Assembly (NCBI GenBank): GCA_017443465.1
Contig: JAFRXO010000067.1
Location: 9,467 to 73,466 of the forward strand
Reading direction: 5' to 3'
Source: Bacteroidales bacterium
GTDB taxonomy: Bacteria; Bacteroidota; Bacteroidia; Bacteroidales; UBA932
Length of the DNA stretch: 64,000 nt
Of this stretch, positions 40,735 through 50,603 are shown one piece after another (positions within the stretch are counted from its first letter, which is position 1; each line of letters starts with the position of its first letter). Both the position numbers and the translations under genes were made by a program. The notes below the pieces were generated by a model. That model saw only the letters and a program-made list of their open reading frames with translations. It had not been told where the DNA came from and searched no databases.

Positions 40735-42162
40735 ATGGACAGAAGGAATTTTTTGAAGACATCGGTTGCGGCGACGGCTCTGGCGAGCATGGATTTCCCC
40801 GCATTGGCATCTAAAGTCAAGTCTTATGGTAAAGAGAGGCTTAAAGTAGGTATTTTAAGTGACACCCATGTAATCAACGAGGCTTCTCAGAAATGCTTTA
40901 TCAAAGCCCTGAACTATTTCAAGGAGAGGAGGGTGGATGCAGTTTTGATTGCCGGCGACATGACCGACAACGGAATGATGCCCGAGTATCGTTCTGCTGT
41001 CAATGACTGGTACAGCGTGTTCCCCGACGACAAGTATCCCGACGGGAAGAAGATAGAGAGGCTCATAGTCTACGGCAACCACGAAATCGAAGGACCGACA
41101 TATGGATATGTCAAGAAGGCATATGGAGAAGAAGTCTGCAAACGTGACGCCATCGCCCCGGTCAGGGACAAATTCTGGGAAGAATGCTGGCACGAGAAAT
41201 TCGAGCCTATCTACATCAAGGATGTGAAGGGCTACAAGTTCATCGGCGCACAGTTCAACAGGGACTTCATCCCCGGACTTGACGAATTCATGAAATCGGT
41301 CGAGGACCAGCTTCCTAAGGACAAGCCGTTCTTCTACTTCCAGCATATGCACCCGAAGGGGACATGTTCGGCTCCCTGGGTGTGGGGACAGGACGACGGT
41401 TCGGTCACTGAGATATTGTCCCGCTACCCGAATGCCATCGCATTCTCCGGCCATTCCCACACTCCGCTTACGGATGACAGGGTCATATGGCAGGGCGCCT
41501 TCACCAGTGTCGGTACCGCTTCGCTGAGGTACATCATCCCGATCGGAGGGCGCGAGAACAGCAAGGTGTTCGGCACCAAGGAGAACGTACCCTCGCAGAT
41601 GCCGGTCCTCTCTGGCACCACCGGACACCATGGCCAGCTCATGACCATATATGACGACTGCATAGTGCTTTCCAGGCACGAGTTCGAGAATGACGAAGAC
41701 CTCGGAAGCTGGGTCATCCCGATCAAGGGCAATTCAAAGCCGTTGACATTCGAGGCAAGGGAAAAGACCGAGAAGGCACCCCAGTTCTTCGACTCGGCCA
41801 GGGTCACCGTCGGCGACAGGAAGCCGGGAAAGGACCGTTACGGGGTGGAGCAGGACCAGGTTACCGTGGAATTCCCCGTTGCCGTTTCCCATGACGGGCT
41901 GCCCCGTCCGCTGGATTATGAAGTGCAGGTTGAGGAAGCCGGAGTCGATGTTTACAAGGCGGTCCTGACCAAGCGCGTTTTCTCAAACACCTATTTCCTT
42001 GGTGAGAAAAAGGATTCCGAGCAGCCTGTCAAGTGTGTTTTCAGCGTGAATGAACTGCCTCTGGACAAAGAATTCCGATTCGCCGTAAGGCCCTGCAATG
42101 GCTTTGGCCGGAAGGGAGAACCCATTTATTCTGAAGTGTTTCCTGCTGGAAAATTCGCATAA
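40735..42162 (+). CDS. Tat-exported metallophosphoesterase, copy 2
   Basis: MDRRNFLK; SDTH, GD, GNHE, SGHSH. Confidence 0.88.
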   Translation: MDRRNFLKTSVAATALASMDFPALASKVKSYGKERLKVGILSDTHVINEASQKCFIKALNYFKERRVDAVLIAGDMTDNGMMPEYRSAVNDWYSVFPDDKYPDGKKIERLIVYGNHEIEGPTYGYVKKAYGEEVCKRDAIAPVRDKFWEECWHEKFEPIYIKDVKGYKFIGAQFNRDFIPGLDEFMKSVEDQLPKDKPFFYFQHMHPKGTCSAPWVWGQDDGSVTEILSRYPNAIAFSGHSHTPLTDDRVIWQGAFTSVGTASLRYIIPIGGRENSKVFGTKENVPSQMPVLSGTTGHHGQLMTIYDDCIVLSRHEFENDEDLGSWVIPIKGNSKPLTFEAREKTEKAPQFFDSARVTVGDRKPGKDRYGVEQDQVTVEFPVAVSHDGLPRPLDYEVQVEEAGVDVYKAVLTKRVFSNTYFLGEKKDSEQPVKCVFSVNELPLDKEFRFAVRPCNGFGRKGEPIYSEVFPAGKFA

Positions 42163-42175
42163 GATTTTTTGACAT

Positions 42176-43597
42176 ATGAACAGGAGAGACTTTTTGAAAG
42201 ACTCCGCGAAGATAGCTGCCGTAGCGGCAGTGTCTTCCACTACCAATGCGTTTGCAGGTACCGCTGCAGCTGAGAAGAAGGAGGAAGCCCCGGCAGCGGG
42301 GGAGGAAACTTCCGTTGCAGAAGAACTTCAGGCCCCGGAGGCTCCTCAGGAGCCGCAGCCCCAGCCTGCCGGCGGAAAACTTATCATCTCCGCTCCTATG
42401 CTGCAGAACTATGCTGAGACCAGCATGGGAGTCGCATTCGCCGTCTCCGACATGGCAAACGGTTTCGTGAGCTACAGCGAGAAACCGGACATGAGCGATG
42501 CCGTCACGGTGAAATGCGGAGGCTTCCGTGTTACCGACATGAATGACAAGGTCATGCTCGTCAGGCTTACCGGCCTGAAACCGGCGACCAAGTACTATTA
42601 CACCATAGGAGCCGACCGCATATCCTATAAGGGCGGTTATGCCATGAAGATCCTGGGTACCGAGAAGGACGAAAGGGTTTACAGTTTCCGCACTGCAGGC
42701 AAGAAGGCCGATCCGCATTTCTGCGTGATCAACGACACTCATGCGAAGTGGGAAACCTTCGACCTCCTGACAAAGAAACTGGCAGTCCTGGCGCCTTCAT
42801 GCGTCATATGGAACGGAGATGCCACCAACGTTCAGGAAGATATTGACAGCCAGGTTGAAATCTTCCTGAATCCTCCGATTGCCAGTAAGGATTTCGCCTC
42901 GGAGATTCCGTATCTCTTCAGCCCGGGGAACCACGATTCCCGCGGCATGGCCAACCGCCATATCGAAAGGGTGTGGATGTTCCGCCAGAACGAGGAGCGC
43001 AGTCCCCGGGACTGGGACCTCGGCCGCAACTTCGCGGTCAGGATGGGAAGCGTTGCCATGATCGGCCTGGACACAGCCGAAGACAAATTGGACACCAATC
43101 CTCTCTTCGCCGGTCTGTTCAGCAGCAAGGCTTACCGTGAGGCCCAGACGCTTTGGCTCAAGGATGCCCTGAAGCGTCCCGAAATAGCTTCAGCTCCGTA
43201 TCTGGTGGCATTCTGCCACATTCCCCTCTTCGATCCGGATCCGACAGCGAATCCCGGCGATGTCGCTCCTGCCGACAAGGACCCCAGGTACACGACCGAT
43301 TTCGCCCACTGGCAGCGGACCTGCGCCAACATGTGGGGACCGCTCCTGAAGAAAGCCGGATGCCAGCTGGTGATTACGGCGCACCAGCATAAATATCGTT
43401 ATGATGCTCCGGATAAGGAGCGTGGCTGGGCCCAGATCGTGGGTGGCGGTCCGCATATGCGTGAGAAGAGTTACCCGACTATAGTCGAGGGAAAGGTGGA
43501 GAACGGCAAGTTGGATATTACAGTGCACAATATATTTACCGGCCAGGTGCAGGAGACATTCTCATTTGCCCCCCGCCGCAGGCGCCGCTCGGAGTAA
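42176..43597 (+). CDS. Tat-exported purple acid phosphatase-like metallophosphoesterase with FN3-like domain
   Basis: MNRRDFLK; E/P/A linker; LTGLKPATKYYY; NDTH, NGD, PGNHD, HIP, AHQH. Confidence 0.82.
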   Translation: MNRRDFLKDSAKIAAVAAVSSTTNAFAGTAAAEKKEEAPAAGEETSVAEELQAPEAPQEPQPQPAGGKLIISAPMLQNYAETSMGVAFAVSDMANGFVSYSEKPDMSDAVTVKCGGFRVTDMNDKVMLVRLTGLKPATKYYYTIGADRISYKGGYAMKILGTEKDERVYSFRTAGKKADPHFCVINDTHAKWETFDLLTKKLAVLAPSCVIWNGDATNVQEDIDSQVEIFLNPPIASKDFASEIPYLFSPGNHDSRGMANRHIERVWMFRQNEERSPRDWDLGRNFAVRMGSVAMIGLDTAEDKLDTNPLFAGLFSSKAYREAQTLWLKDALKRPEIASAPYLVAFCHIPLFDPDPTANPGDVAPADKDPRYTTDFAHWQRTCANMWGPLLKKAGCQLVITAHQHKYRYDAPDKERGWAQIVGGGPHMREKSYPTIVEGKVENGKLDITVHNIFTGQVQETFSFAPRRRRRSE

Positions 43598-43616
43598 CCA
43601 TTAATCCAATGTACAT

Positions 43617-44606
43617 ATGAAATTGACAGTTAGATATTTCGCCTTCATCACCGCCGCACTGGTGCTTGCGGGCGGTTGTGCAAAGTCAGGCAAGACGAAT
43701 GACAAGGACAACCTCCGCCTGGTGTACTGGAACATCCAGAACGGAATGTGGGATGGTCAGGATGACGATTTCGCCCGTTTCACGGCATGGGTCGAGGCCC
43801 GCGAGCCGGACGTCTGCGTCTGGTGCGAGGCCCAGCCCATATTCAAGAGCGGGACAGCCGACTATCTCGACGACATCGATTCATGGCGCACCGATGAGCG
43901 TCTGCTCTCATTCTGGAAGGACATGGCGGCCCGCTACGGGCACAAATATGTCTTCCTGGGCGGCCACAGGGACAATTATCCCCAGATCATCACCTCCAGA
44001 TACCCGATCAAGGAAATCGCCCGGATCACCGGGACCGAAGAAGTAATCGTATCGCACGGGGCCGGATGGGCGCAGATCGAGAAGAACGGCAACACTCTGA
44101 ACATCGTGACCCTCCACACCTGGCCGCAGGCATATGCTTACGGAGTCCAGGACCGCGAGAAGAGCAAAGCCGAGCATGGCGGTGACTATTTCCGCCGGGC
44201 GGAGATGGAGTACATATGTGAGCATACCATCGGGAGCGTTGAAGGTGCCGAGAACCAGATGTGGATGATGATGGGGGACTTCAATTCCCGCTCCAGAGTC
44301 GATCAGGACACCTACAAATACGAGGAGCCGACTACTGCATATCTGGTGCACGATTACATCAGGGAGAATACCCCGTATCTTGACGTGATCCACGAGTTCT
44401 ATCCGGATAAGTTCTACACTACTACAGGAGGTCAGGCGAGGATCGATTTCGTCTATTGTACCAAACCTTTGTTCGACAGGATCAAGACTGCCAGGGTTTA
44501 CACTGACGCCTACACTGCACCGGTTCGCGACGCCAAGAAGATTTCAAACTTCTGGCATCCGTCCGACCACAGGCCTATAGTAGTGGATTTCGACCTTCAC
44601 AAGTAG
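43617..44606 (+). CDS. Endonuclease/exonuclease/phosphatase family lipoprotein
   Basis: Lipobox LAGGC; WNI, MMGDFN, RIDFVY, SDH. Confidence 0.88.
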   Translation: MKLTVRYFAFITAALVLAGGCAKSGKTNDKDNLRLVYWNIQNGMWDGQDDDFARFTAWVEAREPDVCVWCEAQPIFKSGTADYLDDIDSWRTDERLLSFWKDMAARYGHKYVFLGGHRDNYPQIITSRYPIKEIARITGTEEVIVSHGAGWAQIEKNGNTLNIVTLHTWPQAYAYGVQDREKSKAEHGGDYFRRAEMEYICEHTIGSVEGAENQMWMMMGDFNSRSRVDQDTYKYEEPTTAYLVHDYIRENTPYLDVIHEFYPDKFYTTTGGQARIDFVYCTKPLFDRIKTARVYTDAYTAPVRDAKKISNFWHPSDHRPIVVDFDLHK

Positions 44607-44610
44607 GGAC

Positions 44611-44743
44611 GGTTCCCCGGGGCTGTATGTCCTGAAAACCGTTCGCTTCGCTCATCCCTCCCACTCCTGACGGAGCGGGCCCCTCCCTCTCAACGACGCC
44701 GAGGGCGGCTACGGGTTTTCAGGGCATACAGCCCCGGGGAACC
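44611..44743. repeat. 133-bp element with 30-bp terminal inverted repeats (MITE/REPIN-like)
   Basis: ggttccccggggctgtatgtcctgaaaacc (44611-40) vs reverse complement of 44714-43: 29/30 identical. Confidence 0.85.
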
Positions 44744-45348
44744 TGATGCAAGACTTTGCGGTAGAACTCCGCTTTGTTTTCAAGTTTCATCGGATATGCC
44801 CTCGAGGAGGAAGGCATCCTGTGCCATGTCACCTTCCTGGTGCCTCTGACGGTGGGGACTGCGACGTTGATGCTGCCTCCGACCGGAGGCGTCCCTTCCG
44901 GAGCGCAGCCAAGGCGGCTGAAGATTGCCAGGAGTTCTTCCGAGGCTTTGCCTCCGGTGGTGACAATCGTGTGGCACTGAGGTATTTCCTCCAGCATGCC
45001 CGGGACATCGCTGCTGCGGACTATCTCCAGGAATGCATCGCTGGCATTGCCTTTCAACCGGCGGACCGTCCTGGCCGTGTCGTAGAAGGCAAAGCACTCT
45101 TTACGGCAGAAATCTTCAATCCGCCGCCTGTCGAACTTCTTTTCCCCGGCACACTCGAAATGCCCCCGGTCCCCGAAGAAAACCAGGCCCATTATCCTCC
45201 AGAAGTCGTTGTTGAAATTCGGGTAGAAGAAGTCCATGGACCATCTGGCCCGCGGAGGGGGGAAACTCCCCAGGAACAACACTTTGGCCCCTTCAGGCAG
45301 AAACGGTTGAAGGGGGTGGTTTTCTATGGATATCTCCTGCTCAAGCAT
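44719..45348 (-). CDS. Uracil-DNA glycosylase superfamily protein (MUG/family 6-like)
   Basis: HPLQPF, LFLGSFPP, FFYPN..NDFW, MPSSS. Confidence 0.8.
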   Translation of the reverse strand: MLEQEISIENHPLQPFLPEGAKVLFLGSFPPPRARWSMDFFYPNFNNDFWRIMGLVFFGDRGHFECAGEKKFDRRRIEDFCRKECFAFYDTARTVRRLKGNASDAFLEIVRSSDVPGMLEEIPQCHTIVTTGGKASEELLAIFSRLGCAPEGTPPVGGSINVAVPTVRGTRKVTWHRMPSSSRAYPMKLENKAEFYRKVLHQVPRGCMP

Positions 45349-45353
45349 GGATC

Positions 45354-46481
45354 CTACAGCTCGTAAGCCTTGGCTTCAAGCCGCTTGATACGGGTCTCGC
45401 CAAGAGCCTTTATGCTGATGGAGGGGGCCGTCTTGTAGAGCCTCAGGCCAAGTACCTCGCGGCCCTGCTCCGTATGGTTGAAAGCATATTTCCGGTTCCC
45501 GGGCATAGTCACTTCGATGGAGCCTGTGAAGTCCAGGTAGAGAGTGAGCGCGGCGAAATCCGGCGATGCGGCCGCAGTCCACTCGAACCCCTGGCCACCG
45601 TCGAGGGAGAGCTTCTTGCAGGTTTTCGAGTCATATGCCTGTCTTCCCTCGTCCTGGTGCCACCAGAAGTCGCTGAGCTGGATCGTCACTCCGTCCATTG
45701 CCGCCCTCTGCTCCTTAGGTGTCGGGAAGATCGAGGCCTGCACTTCGCATCCTGCGGCTTTCAGGGAGTCTATGTATGGCTTGATAAGCATGTCGTGTTT
45801 CATGGTGCTCAGGCCGAAACGTCCTCCGAAGGAAGAGGCGTTTTCGATTGCGGTCTCAGCCGGAACGCGTCCGGGATCCAGGAGGATCAGGCAGTTTGAA
45901 AATGAGCGGATCTCATCCAGAGGCTTTTTGCTGGATGAAAAGCCTATCCAGTTGTCTCCGAGGATTTCCTGGGCCAGCCTGTAGGACTCCACGATGGCGC
46001 TGTGAAGCATCGGGACGATCCCGTACTCCTTGCAGGCCTCCAGCTCCTCACGGAAAGTCGGAATAGGAGTCCTCAGGGCCGGGTCGGTGGATTCCAGGAC
46101 ATATCCGGAGCGAAGCTGCTCATATGTCAGGTCCTTCACATAGACCGGTCCCTCTATCGGGGAGTAGTCGGATGCATTGCGCATCGTCCTGTTGATGGTG
46201 GCGTCATGCATGATGACCATTACGCTGTCGAGGGTGTACTTTACGTCGCACTCGATTGCGGGGTAGCCGTAGCGGGCGGCCATCTTGACTCCTGCAGGAC
46301 AGTTCTCATTGATATAGAATTCGTTCCCCGCCTTGAGCCAGCATCCCCTGTGGGCTACGGCCTCCGGGAGGGGCACTTTTTTGCTTTGGCTGCAGGGGAA
46401 AGACACGTTCATGCTCTGGCTGCAGGATACTGTGATGGAGAGAGCGATTATGGCTCCGGCGATGACATTATGAAGTTTCAT
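45354..46481 (-). CDS. Glycerophosphodiester phosphodiesterase lipoprotein with C-terminal extension
   Basis: Lipobox TVSC; AHRG, NEN, IECD, MHD.TI.RT. Confidence 0.8.
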   Translation of the reverse strand: MKLHNVIAGAIIALSITVSCSQSMNVSFPCSQSKKVPLPEAVAHRGCWLKAGNEFYINENCPAGVKMAARYGYPAIECDVKYTLDSVMVIMHDATINRTMRNASDYSPIEGPVYVKDLTYEQLRSGYVLESTDPALRTPIPTFREELEACKEYGIVPMLHSAIVESYRLAQEILGDNWIGFSSSKKPLDEIRSFSNCLILLDPGRVPAETAIENASSFGGRFGLSTMKHDMLIKPYIDSLKAAGCEVQASIFPTPKEQRAAMDGVTIQLSDFWWHQDEGRQAYDSKTCKKLSLDGGQGFEWTAAASPDFAALTLYLDFTGSIEVTMPGNRKYAFNHTEQGREVLGLRLYKTAPSISIKALGETRIKRLEAKAYEL

Positions 46482-46513
46482 TGAAAAACAAGATTAGGAT
46501 TCATTCTTCAAAC

Positions 46514-46550
46514 AGAGTAAAGATAGCCTTTTTTTTCATATCTTTACTCT
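46514..46550. promoter_or_regulatory. Palindromic bidirectional promoter/operator
   Basis: AGAGTAAAGATA-N13-TATCTTTACTCT perfect 12-bp inverted repeat; TATCTTTA on both strands. Confidence 0.65.
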
Positions 46551-46574
46551 TTGTCTAGATAACACTGAGCTAAA

Positions 46575-49208
46575 ATGAAATCGATCGTATGTCTTGCTGC
46601 GGCAATGCTCTCTGTTGCCGTTTCCTGTTCGAAGTCCTCCCTCGTCCCCGTCAACCTGAGGGTCGAATCCATGGAAGAGCCCAACTGCATAGATGTTACC
46701 TCTCCCAGGCTTACGTGGGTTGACAATCCGGTCTCGGACAAGGTCTGCAACGAGAGCCAAAGCGCTTACAGGATTGTAGTGGCATCGTCACTCAAAGACC
46801 TGCGCTCAGGGAAGAATCTGCTCTGGGACACCGGAAAGACAGATTCCCCGTGCGCTTTGAGAATAAACTACGGCGGGAAGCCGCTTTCCAGCGGGCAGGA
46901 CTGCTGGTGGAAAGTAATGGTCTGGGACAGCAAGGGAAAGGCATCTGCCTGGAGCCGTCCGGGTCATTGGACCATGGGAATGATGGATCCAGGGCAGTGG
47001 AAAGCATCCTGGATCGGGGCTCCTTACCAGAGAGAAGAGTCCGACACTGTGGACCAGCCTGCACCCATGTTCCGGAAAGAGTTCAATGTCAGCAAGAAAG
47101 TAAAGTCAGCCAAGGCCTTCGTCTGTGGCCTGGGCTTCTTCGAAATGTTCCTCAACGGCCAGAGGATAGGGGATGACCGCCTGGTTCCGAACCTCACCGG
47201 ATACACCTCCAGGAAAGACCTTGACAAGGTGTTCATCGCACTCAAGGATCATTTCAGGGGTTACAGGGTGACCTATCTGGTGTACGATGTCACAAAAGAC
47301 CTGAAAGTCGGGGAGAATGCCGCCGGAGTCATAGTCGGAGCCGGCTTCTACAACACCCACTGGGAGAGATGGACAAAGGCTTTCGGGTCCCAGAGGCTGC
47401 TTTGCCAGATAATGATAGAATATGAGGACGGCGAAAAGGAGACTGTGGTCTCGGATACTTCCTGGAAATCAGCTCCTTCCGCCATTACATTGAATGACAT
47501 TTATCACGGGGAGACATATGACGCCAGGCTCGAACATCCGGGCTGGACGACAGTGGGATATGATGACTCCTCCTGGGCGAACGCGGTTCCTCGAGTCGCT
47601 CCGGAAGGAAAACTCCGTGCTTCTGACGCACCTCTCGACAGGATCACCGGGACCCTGGAACCCAAATCGCTTACCAAGAATCCGGATGGAAGTTACGAAG
47701 TGGATTTCGGGACCGAGATTTCCGGCTGGATCCATTTCAAGGACATGACCGGAAAGGCGGGAGACACCCTCAGGGTCAAATTCATATGTGAATCCAAGGA
47801 AGGGGACCAGCTTTACGTGTTCAAAGACTCCAATCCGGTTTCATATGCTCCAAGGTTCACCTGGTTCGTCTTCAGCAAAGCCAGGATAACCGGCATCGAA
47901 ACGCTCTCGGAGAAGAATCTCGTCGCGGAAGCAGTCAACAACGACGTCAGGATAGATTCCCGCTTCGAGACGTCGGTCGGCCTGCTTGACAGCATCAATA
48001 TCATATGGAGACGTTCCCAGATGGACAACATGCACGGAGGCATAGCCAGCGACTGTCCGCACAGGGAGCGTTCCCCGTACACCGGCGACGGGCAGGTCTC
48101 CTGTGCTACAGTAATGTCCAATTTCGATGCGGAGGCCTTCTACCGCAAATGGATCAGGGATATGAATGACACCCAGGACGTGGAGACCGGCTATGTTCCG
48201 AATTCTGCTCCATGGCAGCCGGGATGCGGCGGCGGAGTAGGCTGGGGTGCGGCCATGGATATCATCCCGTGGGAGCACTACAGGCATTATGCTGACGTGG
48301 AAATCCTGAAGGATAATTATTTCGCGATGAAGGAGCAGGTCCGTCATATGGAAGGCTGGATCACTCCCGACGGGACGATGTTCCAGAAGATGACGGATGT
48401 CATTAGTGGAAGCTGGCAGAAGTGGTTCAATCTCGGGGACTGGGCCCCTGCATATGGTCTTCCTTCAGATGAACTGGTCCACACTTTCTACCTGTGGTAT
48501 TGCGCTGACATAGTGGCCAAGGCCTCCAGGGTTGTCGGAACCAGAGAGGACACAGACTATTACAGGGGACTTGCCGAACGGACTAGGGACGCCTTCATGA
48601 AGAAGTTCTACGATCCCGAGGCCAAGTCATTCGGAGAATATGGATCCAATGTCCTGGCGCTCAAGATGGGGGTCCCGGATGAAATCCGTGCCGATGTAGT
48701 TGAGACCCTCCGGAATGAGATAGGGGTAAAATACAACGGCCATCTCAACACCGGTATTTTCGGGACGCGCTTCCTCTTCGAGGTCCTGGCGGATAACGGC
48801 CTCAACGACCTGGCCTTCAAGGTTATCACCCAGAGGGATTTCCCGAGCTTCGGGCATTGGCTGGCCCAGGGCGCCACTACTACCTGGGAAATGTGGGACG
48901 GGAGCAACTCCCGCAACCACCCCATGTTCGGCGGAGGACTCATATGGTTCTATGAAAAACTTGCCGGGGTACAGATAGATGAAAAGGAGCCCGGATACAG
49001 GCATATCATAGTAGAGCCGCTTCCGGCAGCCGGACTGGAGAGGGTTGTGTATTCCAAGGAAACACCTTATGGTACAGTTGTTTCCGAAGTCAGGAATACT
49101 CCTGACGGCCTTTCCCTTGACCTTACGGTACCGGTCGGAAGCTATGCGACGGTCACCCTCCCCGGGAAGGAAAGCAAGACTGTAGGACAGGGCAAATGGC
49201 ATTTTTAA
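46575..49208 (+). CDS. GH78 alpha-L-rhamnosidase-family lipoprotein
   Basis: Lipobox AVSC; LWDTGK, GE.YDAR, SDCPHRER..YTGDG, TTTWE.W, NHPMFGG. Confidence 0.9.
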   Translation: MKSIVCLAAAMLSVAVSCSKSSLVPVNLRVESMEEPNCIDVTSPRLTWVDNPVSDKVCNESQSAYRIVVASSLKDLRSGKNLLWDTGKTDSPCALRINYGGKPLSSGQDCWWKVMVWDSKGKASAWSRPGHWTMGMMDPGQWKASWIGAPYQREESDTVDQPAPMFRKEFNVSKKVKSAKAFVCGLGFFEMFLNGQRIGDDRLVPNLTGYTSRKDLDKVFIALKDHFRGYRVTYLVYDVTKDLKVGENAAGVIVGAGFYNTHWERWTKAFGSQRLLCQIMIEYEDGEKETVVSDTSWKSAPSAITLNDIYHGETYDARLEHPGWTTVGYDDSSWANAVPRVAPEGKLRASDAPLDRITGTLEPKSLTKNPDGSYEVDFGTEISGWIHFKDMTGKAGDTLRVKFICESKEGDQLYVFKDSNPVSYAPRFTWFVFSKARITGIETLSEKNLVAEAVNNDVRIDSRFETSVGLLDSINIIWRRSQMDNMHGGIASDCPHRERSPYTGDGQVSCATVMSNFDAEAFYRKWIRDMNDTQDVETGYVPNSAPWQPGCGGGVGWGAAMDIIPWEHYRHYADVEILKDNYFAMKEQVRHMEGWITPDGTMFQKMTDVISGSWQKWFNLGDWAPAYGLPSDELVHTFYLWYCADIVAKASRVVGTREDTDYYRGLAERTRDAFMKKFYDPEAKSFGEYGSNVLALKMGVPDEIRADVVETLRNEIGVKYNGHLNTGIFGTRFLFEVLADNGLNDLAFKVITQRDFPSFGHWLAQGATTTWEMWDGSNSRNHPMFGGGLIWFYEKLAGVQIDEKEPGYRHIIVEPLPAAGLERVVYSKETPYGTVVSEVRNTPDGLSLDLTVPVGSYATVTLPGKESKTVGQGKWHF

Positions 49209-49223
49209 TATTTTGAGCGGGTA

Positions 49224-50603
49224 ATGGACGCGGCGACTACGAAAAGGTATCATCTGTGGGAATGGCGGACTATCATCGTGTTGATGATAGGATATGCCCT
49301 TTTCTACTTTGTCAGGAAGAATCTCAGCATGGCCATTCCGGCCATGGAGGCGGAACTGGGGCTGAGCAAGGTCCAGCTCGGTATATTCATGACTCTCAAC
49401 GGAGTCATATACGGGGCGTCGAGGTTTGTGAACGGCATGCTGGTCGACAGGTTCAGCCGCCGCAAGATAATGTCGCTCGGACTCCTGCTTTCGTGCATAG
49501 TCAACTTCATAATTGCCTTCAGCCCGAAGATGAACGGATTCATGCACCTTCTCGATTCGGAAGGAAAGGCAACCATGGGCCTGGTTTACCTGATCGGCTC
49601 CCTCTGGCTGGTCAACGGCTACCTGCAGGGAATGGGAGTGCCGCCTTGCGTAAGCCTTCTTTCCCATTGGGTCCGTCCGAAGGAGCTCCCGACGAAACAG
49701 GCCATATGGAACACCTCGCACAGCGTCGGGGCCGGACTGGTGCTGCTTCTGTGCGGATTCCTGCTGAAACGCTTCGGCTACAGTGCCTGGAATCTCTGCT
49801 TCATAGTCCCTGCCGCCATAGCCTTGGTGGGAGTTCCGGTGATCTTCTTCGGAGTCAAGGATGATCCCTCTCTGGTCGGGCTTCCCCCGGTGGACAAGAT
49901 GGATGATGCTGACGGAAAACCCGCTTCGAGTGAGAAGCCTCTCAGCAAGGCCTTGCAGGACAGGATAATGGTGAAGATGGTCTTCGCCAATCCCATCCTC
50001 TGGACCATCGCCCTCGCCAACTTCTGCATGAACGTGATCAGGGGAACGATCCTGGACTGGGGAGGCACTTTCCTGGTGCAGGACAAGGGCCTTGAAATCT
50101 CCATGGCCGGAACCGTGATGGGCTCTTGCGAGCTCATTGGAGGCATCCTCGGAATGCTTGTCTCAGGCTGGGTCACCGACAAGTTCTTTGCCCACAGGGC
50201 TCACAGGACCTGCCTGATCTGCATGGTGATGACAACCATATGCTTCACCCTGTTCTGGGGCTGTACCGGCTTGGTTCCTGCGATCATATTCCTGATCCTC
50301 TCCGCATTTTTCATATATGGCCCGCAGGCCCTCTATGGCACCTGCGCATCCATGCAGAGCACGAAATATGCGGCTGGAACGGGCAACGGAGTCATCGGTA
50401 TCCTAGGCTATCTGAGCACTTTCATTTCAGGCATATGGTTCGGTGCCATAGCTGATTCCGCCTTTGGGTGGAACAGGGTGTATGTGCTCACCATATGCTT
50501 CGGCATTCTGGGTTCGATCATAATCGCACTCATATGGAAGGTGCCTGCGACAGGATATGGAAAGGTCAACAAAATAATCGAGGAGTGGAATGAAACACAC
50601 TAA
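49224..50603 (+). CDS. MFS organophosphate:Pi antiporter (GlpT/UhpT-like)
   Basis: YALFYFVRKNLS, NGYLQGMG.PPC, IWNTSH.VGAG, LDWG, FIYGPQAL. Confidence 0.88.
   Translation: MDAATTKRYHLWEWRTIIVLMIGYALFYFVRKNLSMAIPAMEAELGLSKVQLGIFMTLNGVIYGASRFVNGMLVDRFSRRKIMSLGLLLSCIVNFIIAFSPKMNGFMHLLDSEGKATMGLVYLIGSLWLVNGYLQGMGVPPCVSLLSHWVRPKELPTKQAIWNTSHSVGAGLVLLLCGFLLKRFGYSAWNLCFIVPAAIALVGVPVIFFGVKDDPSLVGLPPVDKMDDADGKPASSEKPLSKALQDRIMVKMVFANPILWTIALANFCMNVIRGTILDWGGTFLVQDKGLEISMAGTVMGSCELIGGILGMLVSGWVTDKFFAHRAHRTCLICMVMTTICFTLFWGCTGLVPAIIFLILSAFFIYGPQALYGTCASMQSTKYAAGTGNGVIGILGYLSTFISGIWFGAIADSAFGWNRVYVLTICFGILGSIIIALIWKVPATGYGKVNKIIEEWNETH

Noticed and set aside
48627-49721. 364-aa minus-strand ORF
   Set aside because: Antisense to the GH78 and MFS genes; GC-rich codon bias explains such open frames
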